A model generated the notes under the pieces. That model was given only the letters and a program-made list of their open reading frames with translations, searched no databases and was not told where the DNA came from. This document shows positions 28,701 through 36,740 of a stretch of DNA of 39,739 nucleotides, one piece after another. Within the stretch, counting starts at the first letter, position 1. The number at the start of each line of letters is the position of its first letter. The position numbers and the translations under genes are program-made. This stretch comes from an uncultured bacterium (GTDB lineage Bacteria > Hydrogenedentota > Hydrogenedentia > Hydrogenedentales > JAEUWI01), in contig CAXBPH010000027.1 of assembly GCA_963977445.1 (NCBI GenBank), positions 1 through 39,739 of the forward strand, written 5' to 3'.

Positions 28701-31429
28701 ATCGCGTCCGTGTGGGCCGGCCGGATGAAGGCCAGTATGCGACGCAGACCTTCTACGCCTATCGCGGCACCGCCCATCTCAACGATGCAAGCCGACCTTC
28801 CTTAATCGAGATGACGGGCGATAAGAAAAACTACGTCATCGGCGATACGGCTACGGTGCAGATTACCTCCCCCTTCGACGGCAACGCCATCGTTGTTGTC
28901 CAGCGGGATTCGATACAGGAGGCACACACCGTCGCGATTGTGAACGGCGCGGGCACCCTTTCCCTCCCCCTGGATGCCCGGCACTATCCCAACATCTGGC
29001 TCGAAGCCACGGTGATTCACCCCGTAGAGCCGGGTACGGCCCTCACCTATCCTTACGCCAGCTTTGCCATGCTTAACATTCCCGTACACGACCCCAGCAA
29101 GGCATTGGGCGTCTCCTTTGAGGGCCTTCCCGAGGTCATGCGCCCGCTGAACACCCTGCCCGTTACCATCCACGTTGCCAATGCCGATGGCACGCCCGCC
29201 GCCTCGGAAGTGACGCTGGCCCTGGTGGATGAGGGTATACACCAGATTCTGGACTATAAGAACCCCGACCCCGTGGCGTGGTTTCAACGGCCCCGTCGCC
29301 CTGAATTCCGTCGCGCCCACTATTACGACAAGGTCGCCTATGATTTCACCGGCAAGCCCATCGGTGGTGGCGAGCTCTTGAAAAAGCGTCTCGGTGAAGA
29401 CGACGCCACCGTTGACGACAATTGGATTAAGCCCCTGGCCCTTTGGTCGGGTGTTGTGGAAACCGATGGCACCGGTGTCGCCACGATCAACATGGAACTG
29501 CCCGAATTTGCCGGCAAGGTCCGTCTGGTCGCCGTGGCCACCAGTGGTACCGAATCGGGCAGTACGGTTGCGAATGTAACCATTCGACGTCCGGTAGTCC
29601 TTCAGACGACCCTACCCCGCTTTGCAGCGCCGGGGGATAATTTCTCTGCCACGGCCCTGCTGCAAAACAAGCAGGATACCCCGGTAAAAACGACGCTGCG
29701 GGTGGAAAGCTCCGATGGACTCCAGACGGCACCCTTTGAAAACACCTGGATGATTCCTGGGGGCGGTGAAATTGTTGTACCCGTTCCCGTGACCGTGGGT
29801 GAATTCCCCGGCTCCGGCACGATTAACTGGATCCTCAATACCACCGACGAAGCAGGGACCGCGATTGACCAATTCAGTTGGGAGACGCCGCTGCGCATCC
29901 AGGCACCGTCCATCTTCCAGGCCCGAAGTGAGATGGTCGTCATCGCACCCGGTGAAACCCGTGAATTCGTAAATACGGAGTTCAAAGAAAACGACCGGCT
30001 CGAAACCACCTTACGGGTGACGCCCAACGCCCTGTCCCAGTTGACGGAAGCGCTGGATTACGTCATCGGCTATCCCTATGGCTGTGTGGAACAGACCACG
30101 TCACGCTGCATGCCCCTCTTCCTCCTGGGACAAGCGGCAAAACAGGCCGGCTCCGAGTGGGACGCCCTCTACTTCCAGCATTTCGTCCAAGCCGGTATAG
30201 ATCGACTCTTCACCATGCAGACGGCCAGTGGCGGTATCGGCTACTGGCCCGGTGCCGGGGCCCCCTACAACTACGGCACGATCTACGCCGCCCACTTCCT
30301 GACCCTGGCGAAGGAGGATCCCGCCTTTGAGGTCCCGGAGGAAGGCTACAACCAGCTCATGGAGTATTTGCGTGAGCACATCCCGCTGGAATCGGGCAAC
30401 CAGTTTGAGCCGACCTACAACTATGCCTACGCCTGCTATGTGCGTTCATTGAGCAAGGACCCCCAGGTCATGGAAGACATTACCAGCCTGGACCGGATTG
30501 ATATTTCCACCACGGCGCGTCAGTGGCTCGCCCTGGCCATGCTCACCTACACGGACGCACCCGGTGATGCCGTGGCGTATATCCTTAACCACCCGAGCAC
30601 GCCCTATATGAAGCGCGAACAGGGCGGCGCATTGAACTCTAGTATCCGAAACGATGCCATCACACTCATGACCCAGATGGCCCTGAAATTGGATAGCCGT
30701 CTGATTCAGCCCCAGGCCGAAAAACTTATGCGCTACCTGGAGCACAATCGCTACAACACCCACGAGGCCGCCTTTGTCATTACGGCCCTCGCGGAGTACT
30801 TAAAGCAATATACCGGTGATTTGAGCCAGGCCCAGACCACCATCACCACACCCGACGGCGTCGAGGAACGTACCGGGGACTTTCAGTTCAAAGCCACCAA
30901 CACCGGGGCCGGAAGCCGCTACACGGTGGCCAACGCCGGGCCGGCCCCCCTCTATGTCCATCATACCCGGGCGGGCATACTCCTGAATCCCGACGTGGCT
31001 GCTGAATCGAATGGAATAACGGTCAAACGGGAGTTCCTCAGCGAAACGGGCAAGGTGAGTGCCGATGACCTCAAACAGGGCAATACCTATCTGGTTTCCC
31101 TGGAGATTACCTGCACCGAGCCCCTCCAGAATGTCGTGCTGGTCGACCTCCTGCCCGGGGGCTTCGACATTGAGAATCCCCGCCTCGACGGGGGCCTTCT
31201 CTCGACCTGGAGAGTGACGGATGGCACGCAGCCTTCCTACATCGACGTGCGCGATGACCGCCTCATAGCCGCCTTCGACAACCTGAAGAGCGGTACGCAA
31301 AAATACTATTATGCCGTGAGAACGGTAAATGCAGGGACCTTCAGACAGCCCGGAGCCAATGCAGAGTGTATGTATGACCTCCAATTCAACGGGCGCGCTG
31401 CCGGAGGCATGGTGAAAATCACGAAATAA
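25772..31429 (+). CDS. Bacterial alpha-2-macroglobulin (YfhM-like) with thioester motif; start ATG 25772 or 25721
   Basis: DRNLYRPGETV, EEFVP, LALVDEGI, PRFAAPGD, YPYGCVEQTTS (CxEQ), DLLPGGFDIENPRL, DVRDDR, AECMY. Confidence 0.96.
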   Translation: MNTPLRIHNVVCLGFLALLALPMTHLVAQENGAGGGPRLVGTYPLPDAVFDTEIVFYFDRPLAPADDPATLIQIVPPLQGTWSQGAQHVALAVKPDTKRKPERYVATFLPALTGTDGLAPSPLQEPIAFTNFQLGLSSLAFGTIGAHTTTLTFSFSATISWESLENHLRIADGQGAAVEYSVVHRSDSPHQTVTLPTQSALPFQVTILPGLYDTSRRFQTPVPIHQTLQGPGQFALDKLTWQHVTPLSDQIDFSVNFPVDPNAFLAYFQVVPEGSETPLTLEPHIEDESKQTTTSPSYRFDRPTEAYSMLNYRFTGTMDRLPPLYTQAPQQGTLNLKRDVLRIEYHNWQSEGADPLHLQLYFNGTVDPQAVLSHVELSPAAANLTAATGENGSIDLYGDWKTGTTYRLILRPGLRDQSDYLEMTKPQAWNPGEVPKRSGIGFAFETPYYFPRRTAGPMPLYGRNLKEAQATLYELFPSNLVKALDQMESGKAAGEFGWGLAEKIAEHTVTFDGPPDTRLEGNIPLDGFMPEDRKGIFGISVSPAYDYYNTKIVVWTDLGVLAHWQDDELLVYTHNLWDLTPVAGAKVTLYSHKHQIMGESQSNADGVARLANWNPELGTPKVVIVETADDYTFLPLQERSEDPVTYKDSMPPYDPDGYDAFLYADRNLYRPGETVHLRWLVRHADGSPLSEAPLTIKVVDPQNGKHSYTETLSRWGSGTLDVETKSDWLTGNYQVSVWVPGANVALTTQIISIEEFVPNRLSAAVTSEAPHWLPGEEHGITVHGDHLSGGPARERKTGAVVILEKRPWAPEGWDEYSFGNDAEFKTDVRDLGEGKTDENGNAAYTFVWHPDKNLSFPVGATIRGEVFEAGGRSVSTRMESTLFPADALTGLAVANAGDQNAIDVAVAAVQPDGQPAAIPSVEVRLEKRQWRYYVRRYSSHNEANWNEQYETLSTHTVPLSGGKGTVRIPFPEGWGNYRVRVGRPDEGQYATQTFYAYRGTAHLNDASRPSLIEMTGDKKNYVIGDTATVQITSPFDGNAIVVVQRDSIQEAHTVAIVNGAGTLSLPLDARHYPNIWLEATVIHPVEPGTALTYPYASFAMLNIPVHDPSKALGVSFEGLPEVMRPLNTLPVTIHVANADGTPAASEVTLALVDEGIHQILDYKNPDPVAWFQRPRRPEFRRAHYYDKVAYDFTGKPIGGGELLKKRLGEDDATVDDNWIKPLALWSGVVETDGTGVATINMELPEFAGKVRLVAVATSGTESGSTVANVTIRRPVVLQTTLPRFAAPGDNFSATALLQNKQDTPVKTTLRVESSDGLQTAPFENTWMIPGGGEIVVPVPVTVGEFPGSGTINWILNTTDEAGTAIDQFSWETPLRIQAPSIFQARSEMVVIAPGETREFVNTEFKENDRLETTLRVTPNALSQLTEALDYVIGYPYGCVEQTTSRCMPLFLLGQAAKQAGSEWDALYFQHFVQAGIDRLFTMQTASGGIGYWPGAGAPYNYGTIYAAHFLTLAKEDPAFEVPEEGYNQLMEYLREHIPLESGNQFEPTYNYAYACYVRSLSKDPQVMEDITSLDRIDISTTARQWLALAMLTYTDAPGDAVAYILNHPSTPYMKREQGGALNSSIRNDAITLMTQMALKLDSRLIQPQAEKLMRYLEHNRYNTHEAAFVITALAEYLKQYTGDLSQAQTTITTPDGVEERTGDFQFKATNTGAGSRYTVANAGPAPLYVHHTRAGILLNPDVAAESNGITVKREFLSETGKVSADDLKQGNTYLVSLEITCTEPLQNVVLVDLLPGGFDIENPRLDGGLLSTWRVTDGTQPSYIDVRDDRLIAAFDNLKSGTQKYYYAVRTVNAGTFRQPGANAECMYDLQFNGRAAGGMVKITK

Positions 31430-31459
31430 TCCAACCAGTCGTGGTGGGAGTAATCGACC

Positions 31460-31537
31460 GACGCTGTGGGTTACGGTGGGGCCGGTGGACAGGTTATCTT
31501 GTCCAGGTCGGCCCCCACCTTCCACAGCGTCTTTTTT
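31460..31537 (+). terminator. Long multi-segment hairpin plus T6 after the alpha-2-macroglobulin gene
   Basis: GACGCTGTGG pairs with CCACAGCGTC, GGTGGGGCCG with CGGCCCCCACC, TGGACAGG with CTTGTCCA, then TTTTTT. Confidence 0.65.
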
Positions 31538-31695
31538 GTGTTGACGTCCCTTGATACGTTCCACTATCGCCCTCTATCGCAATTCCGTCGAAACGTGACA
31601 TCATCGTATCGATGGTGTACCATCTTGCTTTGACTTACTGCGACCAGAATTCAGCTGTATCATTGGTCGCAATCAAACAGATGGAGGAATTCCAC

Positions 31696-33051
31696 ATGCG
31701 CGTACGAATTACATCGGGTGTTCTCATGGCCGTATTGGCCCTGATTTTGACTCCCCTGGGAACGGCAAATGCTATGAAGATAGGTGTAGGACGAATCGTT
31801 ATCACCCCCGAAAGCCCCGTTTGGCTGGCGGGCTACGCGTCGCGGACAGAAGCAGGCGATAGTGCGCTCCACGATATCTGGGCCAAAGCCCTGGCCGTTG
31901 AAGACGAAACAGGTGCCAAATTCGTCATCGTGACGGCGGACCTCATTGGCTTCTACATGAACGTCACCGATCCCATCGCCCAACAGGCCGAAGCCAAACA
32001 CGGCATTCCCCGCGCCAACATTCTCTTCAACGCCTCCCACACCCATTGTAGTCCCGTGGTCGACAATGACGGTCTCCATATCACCTATGGCCTCGAAGGC
32101 ATCGAGCAGGAGCGCGCCGCGGCCTACACGAAGCACCTGGGCGTACTTTTGACACAAGTCATTGACGACGCCGTGGCAGACCTCCAACCCGGCACGCTGA
32201 GTTGGGGCATTGGCGAGGCCTTCTTTGGCAAGAACCGTCGCAAGTACACGCCGGGCGGCGTGGGTAACGATTACAATCCCATCGGACCGGTGGACAACGA
32301 CGTGCCGACCCTCGTGGCGAAGGATGTCGACGGAAAAATTCGCACTATCCTCTTCGGCTATGCCTGCCACAATACCGTCACGGACCTCCAGCAATTCAAC
32401 GGCGACTATGCCGGCTTTGCCCAGATAGAAATCGAAAAGGCCTATCCCGGCGCGACGGCCCTCTTCGCCCAGGGCTGTGGCGGCGACCAGAATCCCCTGC
32501 CCCGCCGCAAGATCGAGCTGGCCGAAAAATACGGCAAGGAACTCGGGGACGCCGTGGCCACCGTGATCAACAGCACCATGACCCCCGTGAACGGACCGAT
32601 TACCGCACGATACAAGCTTGTCCCCCTCGCACTGACCGAAGCGCCCACGGAAGCGGAAGTCGACAAGCAACTTGAGAGCGATAACAAGTTTGTCGTTCGC
32701 CGCGCCAAGAAGATGAAACGGCAATACGAGGAAGACGGCCAACTTCCGACCACCCTGCCCCAGGCGGTTCAGGTCTGGAAGTTTGGCGAAGATGTCCAGT
32801 TGACGGCCCTCAGTGGCGAGGTCACGGTGGACTACAGCCTCCTGATTAAGTACCACTACCCGAAAGAAAAGCAGTTCGTCATGGGTTACACCAACGGCTG
32901 CCCCGCCTATATCCCCTCCCTCCGCGTGCTCAAAGAAGGCGGTTATGAAGGAGAAGGCGCCATGCTCTACTACGGCGTCCACGGCCCCCTGACGACCGCC
33001 GTCGAAGATACGATCATGAATACGGTCCACGAACTGGCGAAGGACCAATAA
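31696..33051 (+). CDS. Secreted neutral/alkaline ceramidase N-terminal-domain family hydrolase (paralog 1)
   Basis: Signal peptide, LAGYASR, ASHTHCSP, YACHNT, GCGGDQNP, GEV, YIPS...GGYE. RBS GGAGG. Confidence 0.85.
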   Translation: MRVRITSGVLMAVLALILTPLGTANAMKIGVGRIVITPESPVWLAGYASRTEAGDSALHDIWAKALAVEDETGAKFVIVTADLIGFYMNVTDPIAQQAEAKHGIPRANILFNASHTHCSPVVDNDGLHITYGLEGIEQERAAAYTKHLGVLLTQVIDDAVADLQPGTLSWGIGEAFFGKNRRKYTPGGVGNDYNPIGPVDNDVPTLVAKDVDGKIRTILFGYACHNTVTDLQQFNGDYAGFAQIEIEKAYPGATALFAQGCGGDQNPLPRRKIELAEKYGKELGDAVATVINSTMTPVNGPITARYKLVPLALTEAPTEAEVDKQLESDNKFVVRRAKKMKRQYEEDGQLPTTLPQAVQVWKFGEDVQLTALSGEVTVDYSLLIKYHYPKEKQFVMGYTNGCPAYIPSLRVLKEGGYEGEGAMLYYGVHGPLTTAVEDTIMNTVHELAKDQ

Positions 33052-33054
33052 GTC

Positions 33055-34482
33055 ATGAAACGAATCTTTAGCCTTTCCCTGCTGATCGTACTCAGCGTGG
33101 CCGTTACACCCCTGGCTTTCGCCCAGGAAGACGGTGCAACGGTATTCAAGGCCGGTGCTTCGTTGAGCAATATAACGCCCTGGTTTGGCACCTCCCTCGC
33201 CGGTAGCATGACCGATCGCACGGCCACCGTCATCAGCGATGAGCTCTACGTCCGCTCTTTCGTGTTGGACGATGGCACCACCACGCTTACCATTTCGCTG
33301 GTGGATTGTTGCATGATAGAGCGACCGATCATCGACGCCGCCAAGGCGCGTGCCAGCGAAGCAACGGGCATCCCGACGACCAACATGCTCGTCGCGGCCA
33401 CCCACAGCCACACGGCCGGCACCTGCGCCAATGTCTTCCAATCGGACCCCGACCCGGAGTACACCACCTTCGTCAGTCGCCGTATTGCCGATGGAATTAC
33501 ACAGGCCTGGCAAAAACGCGTTCCCGCCAAAATCGGTTGGGGCTCGGGCAGTGTGCCCGACGAAGTCTTCAATCGTCGCTGGCTCATGAAGGAAGGCACC
33601 GTTGGTGAAGATCCCTTTGGCAAGACCAACGACGTCGTAAAAATGAATCCGCCACGGGCGAGCGAAAACCTCATCAAGCCCGCCGGGCCCACCGACCCGG
33701 AGGTTTCCATCCTGGCACTGGAAACCCTCGACGGTAAGCCCCTTGCCCTCCTCGCCAATTATTCCCTCCACTATGTGGGCGGGATTCCCGGCGTCTCGGG
33801 GGACTACTTTGGCGTATTCGTAAATCGTATCGCCAAAGTACTGAATGCCGACGATTCCTTCGTGGCGTCCATGTCGAACGGCACCAGTGGTGATATAAAC
33901 AACGTCAACTTCGCCGTTCCCGGGATAAAACAGGGAGCAGGCGAACAGATGAACCTGGTGGGAAACAAAGTGGCGGCGGAGGTACTGCGCGCTTATAACT
34001 ACATTGAATTCCAGAACTGGGTACCCCTTGCTGCGATTCAAAAGGAAATCACCCTGGGTATTCGCAAACCCAGCGCCGAAGAAGTAGTCGAAGCCAAGGA
34101 AATCCTCGCCAAGGCGCAAAGCGAGAATCGTAAACTCAACAACTTCCGCGAGTACTATGCCAACTGTACTGTCGACTTGGCGGACTATCCGGACACGGAA
34201 GACCTGGTGCTTCAGGCGCTCCAAATCGGCGATCTGGGCATTGCGGCCATCCCGTGTGAAACCTTCGTGGAAATCGGTTTGGCCATAAAAGACCAGACTC
34301 CCTTCAAGAAGAGCTTCACCATCGAGTTGGCCAATGGCTACAACGGCTACCTGCCGACCGAGGCTCAGCACCCCTTGGGCGGTTACGAAACCTGGCGGGC
34401 TAAATCCAGCCATCTCGAAGTGAAGGCCGCCACGGTCATTCAGGAGACGATGCTGGAGTTGCTCAACGAACTCAAGCAATAG
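33055..34482 (+). CDS. Secreted neutral ceramidase-like hydrolase (paralog 2)
   Basis: Signal peptide, ATHSHTA, FNRRW, GPTDPEV, NYSLHY, NGTSGDIN, PCE, ELANGYNGYLPT...GGYE. Confidence 0.85.
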   Translation: MKRIFSLSLLIVLSVAVTPLAFAQEDGATVFKAGASLSNITPWFGTSLAGSMTDRTATVISDELYVRSFVLDDGTTTLTISLVDCCMIERPIIDAAKARASEATGIPTTNMLVAATHSHTAGTCANVFQSDPDPEYTTFVSRRIADGITQAWQKRVPAKIGWGSGSVPDEVFNRRWLMKEGTVGEDPFGKTNDVVKMNPPRASENLIKPAGPTDPEVSILALETLDGKPLALLANYSLHYVGGIPGVSGDYFGVFVNRIAKVLNADDSFVASMSNGTSGDINNVNFAVPGIKQGAGEQMNLVGNKVAAEVLRAYNYIEFQNWVPLAAIQKEITLGIRKPSAEEVVEAKEILAKAQSENRKLNNFREYYANCTVDLADYPDTEDLVLQALQIGDLGIAAIPCETFVEIGLAIKDQTPFKKSFTIELANGYNGYLPTEAQHPLGGYETWRAKSSHLEVKAATVIQETMLELLNELKQ

Positions 34483-34519
34483 GCATCGACGAACGGTAAC
34501 TATTTCATTCGCATTTCGG

Positions 34520-34559
34520 CCGTGCCACGTTGCTCATCGACGTGGCACGGTTTTTTTTT
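34520..34559 (+). terminator. Intrinsic terminator between hydrolase paralogs 2 and 3
   Basis: CCGTGCCACGT, 9-nt loop, ACGTGGCACGG (11-bp stem), then T9. Confidence 0.85.
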
Positions 34560-34581
34560 ACTTCACCGGAGGAACAATTTT

Positions 34582-36009
34582 ATGACACGCTATTTTCACG
34601 TTTGCATCGTAGCCCTGCTCACACTGGGCGCTATGGCACCCGCGGCCCGGGGTCAGGAGCCCGAAAAGGTCTTCAAGGCGGGCACCGCTTCGATGAATAT
34701 CACACCTTGGCTCGGCCTTTCGATTGTCGGCTATATGAACGACCGAAAAGTCGCCGGAATCCACGATGAAATCCACGTACGCTGTCTTGTACTCGACGAC
34801 GGCAGCACCCAATTGGCCTTCGCCGTGGTCGACAGTTGTCTCGTTCCCCGCGCCATCATCGATGGGGCCAAAGATCGGGCACAAAAAGCCACGGGACTCG
34901 CCACAGAGAACATGCTCATTTCAGCGACCCACACCCACTCGGCACCCTGTACCTACCCTGGATTTCAATCCGAGGTCGACCCGGAGTACGACGCCTTTCT
35001 TACCCGACGCATCGCCGACGGTATCAGCCAGGCCTGGCAAAACCGCGTGCCCGCCCGTATCGGCTGGGGCTCAGGTTCCGTGCCCGACGAAGTCTTCAAC
35101 CGGCGCTGGTTCATGAAGGAAGGCACCATCGGTCCCGACCCCTTCGGAAAAGAAGGGGAAACGGTCCGCATGAATCCCCCTGGGGCCAGCCCCGATATGG
35201 TAAAGCCTGCGGGCCCCACCGACCCGGAAGTCGCCTTCATCGCGTTGGAAACCGTCGATGGAAAGCCCCTGGGCCTCCTCGCCAACTATTCGCTCCACTA
35301 TGTAGGCGGCACGGTCGGCACAGACATCTCCGCCGATTACTTCTCCCTCTTTGCCGATGAAATCGGACGCCTGCTGGGCGGCGACGACTCCTTCCTCGCC
35401 ATGATGTCCAACGGCACAAGCGGCGACATCAACAACATCAATTTCGTAACACCCCGGGGCCCCCGCGAACCCTACGAGCAGATGAACATTGTGGCCAACA
35501 AAGTGGCGGCGGAAGTACACCGCGCCTACCTCGATGTGAACTTTCAGAATTGGGTTCCCCTCAAGGCTGTGCAGCAGGAAGTTTCGCTGGGCGTGCGCAA
35601 GCCGACGGCAGAAGAGGTGACGGAAGCCCAGGAAATTCTGGCCGCTGCCGAAGGCCGGGAATTGCAGGGATTGAAAGAAATCTACGCGAATGAGACGATA
35701 AAACTGGCAGACTTCCCCGATTCCAAGGCGTTGATTCTCCAGGCCTTCCAGATTGGCGACCTGGGTATTGCTGCCATCCCCTGCGAGGTCTTCGTAGATA
35801 TCGGCCTCGCCATCAAGAACCAGTCCCCCTTCGCCAGGTCTTTCACCATCGAGTTGGCCAATGGCTACAATGGCTACCTCCCCACCGAAGAGCAACACGG
35901 CTACGGGGGCTACGAAACCTGGCGCGCTGCTTCGAGTTATCTGGAAGTAACCGCGGCCAATGTGATCCAGCAAACGATTCTGGATTTACTGGGTTCCTTG
36001 AAGCAATAG
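34582..36009 (+). CDS. Secreted neutral ceramidase-like hydrolase (paralog 3, close to paralog 2)
   Basis: RBS GGAGG before ATG 34582, signal peptide, ATHTHSAP, FNRRW, NYSLHY, NGTSGDIN, ELANGYNGYLPT...GGYE. Confidence 0.85.
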   Translation: MTRYFHVCIVALLTLGAMAPAARGQEPEKVFKAGTASMNITPWLGLSIVGYMNDRKVAGIHDEIHVRCLVLDDGSTQLAFAVVDSCLVPRAIIDGAKDRAQKATGLATENMLISATHTHSAPCTYPGFQSEVDPEYDAFLTRRIADGISQAWQNRVPARIGWGSGSVPDEVFNRRWFMKEGTIGPDPFGKEGETVRMNPPGASPDMVKPAGPTDPEVAFIALETVDGKPLGLLANYSLHYVGGTVGTDISADYFSLFADEIGRLLGGDDSFLAMMSNGTSGDINNINFVTPRGPREPYEQMNIVANKVAAEVHRAYLDVNFQNWVPLKAVQQEVSLGVRKPTAEEVTEAQEILAAAEGRELQGLKEIYANETIKLADFPDSKALILQAFQIGDLGIAAIPCEVFVDIGLAIKNQSPFARSFTIELANGYNGYLPTEEQHGYGGYETWRAASSYLEVTAANVIQQTILDLLGSLKQ

Positions 36010-36075
36010 GCAAAGACCTGCCTCGGAATACACGGAAGACACAGAACAAACTCAGGGACTGTCTCAGCCCCATGC

Positions 36076-36110
36076 GCGCGCAATGCACGGCGACCCCGTG
36101 CATTGCGCGC
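36076..36110. repeat. REP-like perfect hairpin (15-bp stem, 5-nt loop)
   Basis: GCGCGCAATGCACGG, CGACC, CCGTGCATTGCGCGC. Confidence 0.8.
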
Positions 36111-36145
36111 CCCACCATTCAACGATGTGCGCGCAGACGGCTGTG

Positions 36146-36201
36146 GCTGTCCCGTCGTTAGCGAAGTCGGCCCCGGGCATCCTCGCCAACGACGGGACAG
36201 C
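36146..36201. repeat. 19-bp inverted repeat (one mismatch) at the PIN gene breakpoint
   Basis: GCTGTCCCGTCGTTAGCGA (36146-36164) and TCGCCAACGACGGGACAGC (36183-36201). Confidence 0.8.
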
Positions 36202-36385
36202 GGGCACGATTTTAATCCAAGGCGTGTCATGAACAGCTTGGGCTGTAATATCCTCTGCCCCTTTCCTTTCCAGCTCTTCCGCTACAGATTGCGGGACCAG
36301 AATTGTGCTTGCGAAAAGCTTTAGAAGATCTAGATGGTGACCGCGACTCAAAAATATAAGGGGAGAGGCATTCACTATTGCTGTG

Positions 36386-36637
36386 CTATTCACGTGCCAG
36401 TTCTCGATCGAGGTCGGTCTGGTCAACGCGAAAAGAATCACGTCCCATGCGCGCCAGGGCTAGGAGAAAATCCGTCCGGCACAGGCCCGCGATTTGAGCG
36501 GCAATCTCTTGTGATACCATTCCGTTTTCGTACCAAGTGACGGCGGCGGCTAACCGCATTTCACCGGAAAAATCGTCCGGTGACAATCGTAATGTAGCAA
36601 AAACGCTCTCGGGCAACTCAACGGTAAGTACTGTCAT
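36386..36637 (-). CDS. UPF0175 family putative antitoxin
   Basis: 83 aa, EMRLAAAVTWYENGMVSQEIAAQIAGLCRTDFL. RBS AAGGAGG. Upstream of and overlapping the PIN gene. Confidence 0.88.
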   Translation of the reverse strand: MTVLTVELPESVFATLRLSPDDFSGEMRLAAAVTWYENGMVSQEIAAQIAGLCRTDFLLALARMGRDSFRVDQTDLDRELARE

Positions 36638-36740
36638 TCGCCGTACCTCCTTTGAAGCTTTCAGGGCACCATTTCGCAATTATCGGGTGTCATCAATCGC
36701 TTCCATACAGACATTATAACAAGTTCTCTCGATTCGCACC

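Larger units (their letters stand above)
36064..36393 (-). pseudogene. Truncated PIN-domain toxin (DUF3368 family)
   Basis: GTG 36393 overlaps the antitoxin end. AIVNASPLIFLSR...LDLL...ILVPQSVAEEL...PWIKIV matches the DUF3368 N-half. The family-typical LGxGE and DD motifs are missing and the tail is translated palindrome sequence. Confidence 0.75.

Noticed and set aside
31460..31537. SRP (4.5S) RNA or tRNA identity for the long hairpin
   Set aside because: It lacks the SRP CAGG...GGAA...GCAG core and has no cloverleaf or TTC loop.
33049..33057. Possible stop-codon readthrough fusing hydrolase paralogs 1 and 2 (TAA GTC ATG in frame)
   Set aside because: The stop is TAA, not a Sec or Pyl codon, and paralog 2 has its own signal peptide.
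31660..34479. 939-aa minus-strand ORF
   Set aside because: It is the codon-aligned antisense shadow of hydrolase paralogs 1 and 2, which share a frame (3-nt gap), so the shadow runs across both. It has no recognisable motifs.
34543..34558. TGGCACG sigma-54-like -24 element before paralog 3, and similar TGGCACG at 10665
   Set aside because: No GC at the -12 position in either case, and the first is part of a terminator stem.
36146..36201. Possible integron attC site beside a toxin-antitoxin cassette
   Set aside because: The core sites occur as GTT...AAC rather than RYYYAAC...GTTRRRY, and there is no integrase or cassette array.
36010..36201. Possible CRISPR array in the palindrome cluster
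   Set aside because: No repeated identical units with regular spacers and no cas genes.
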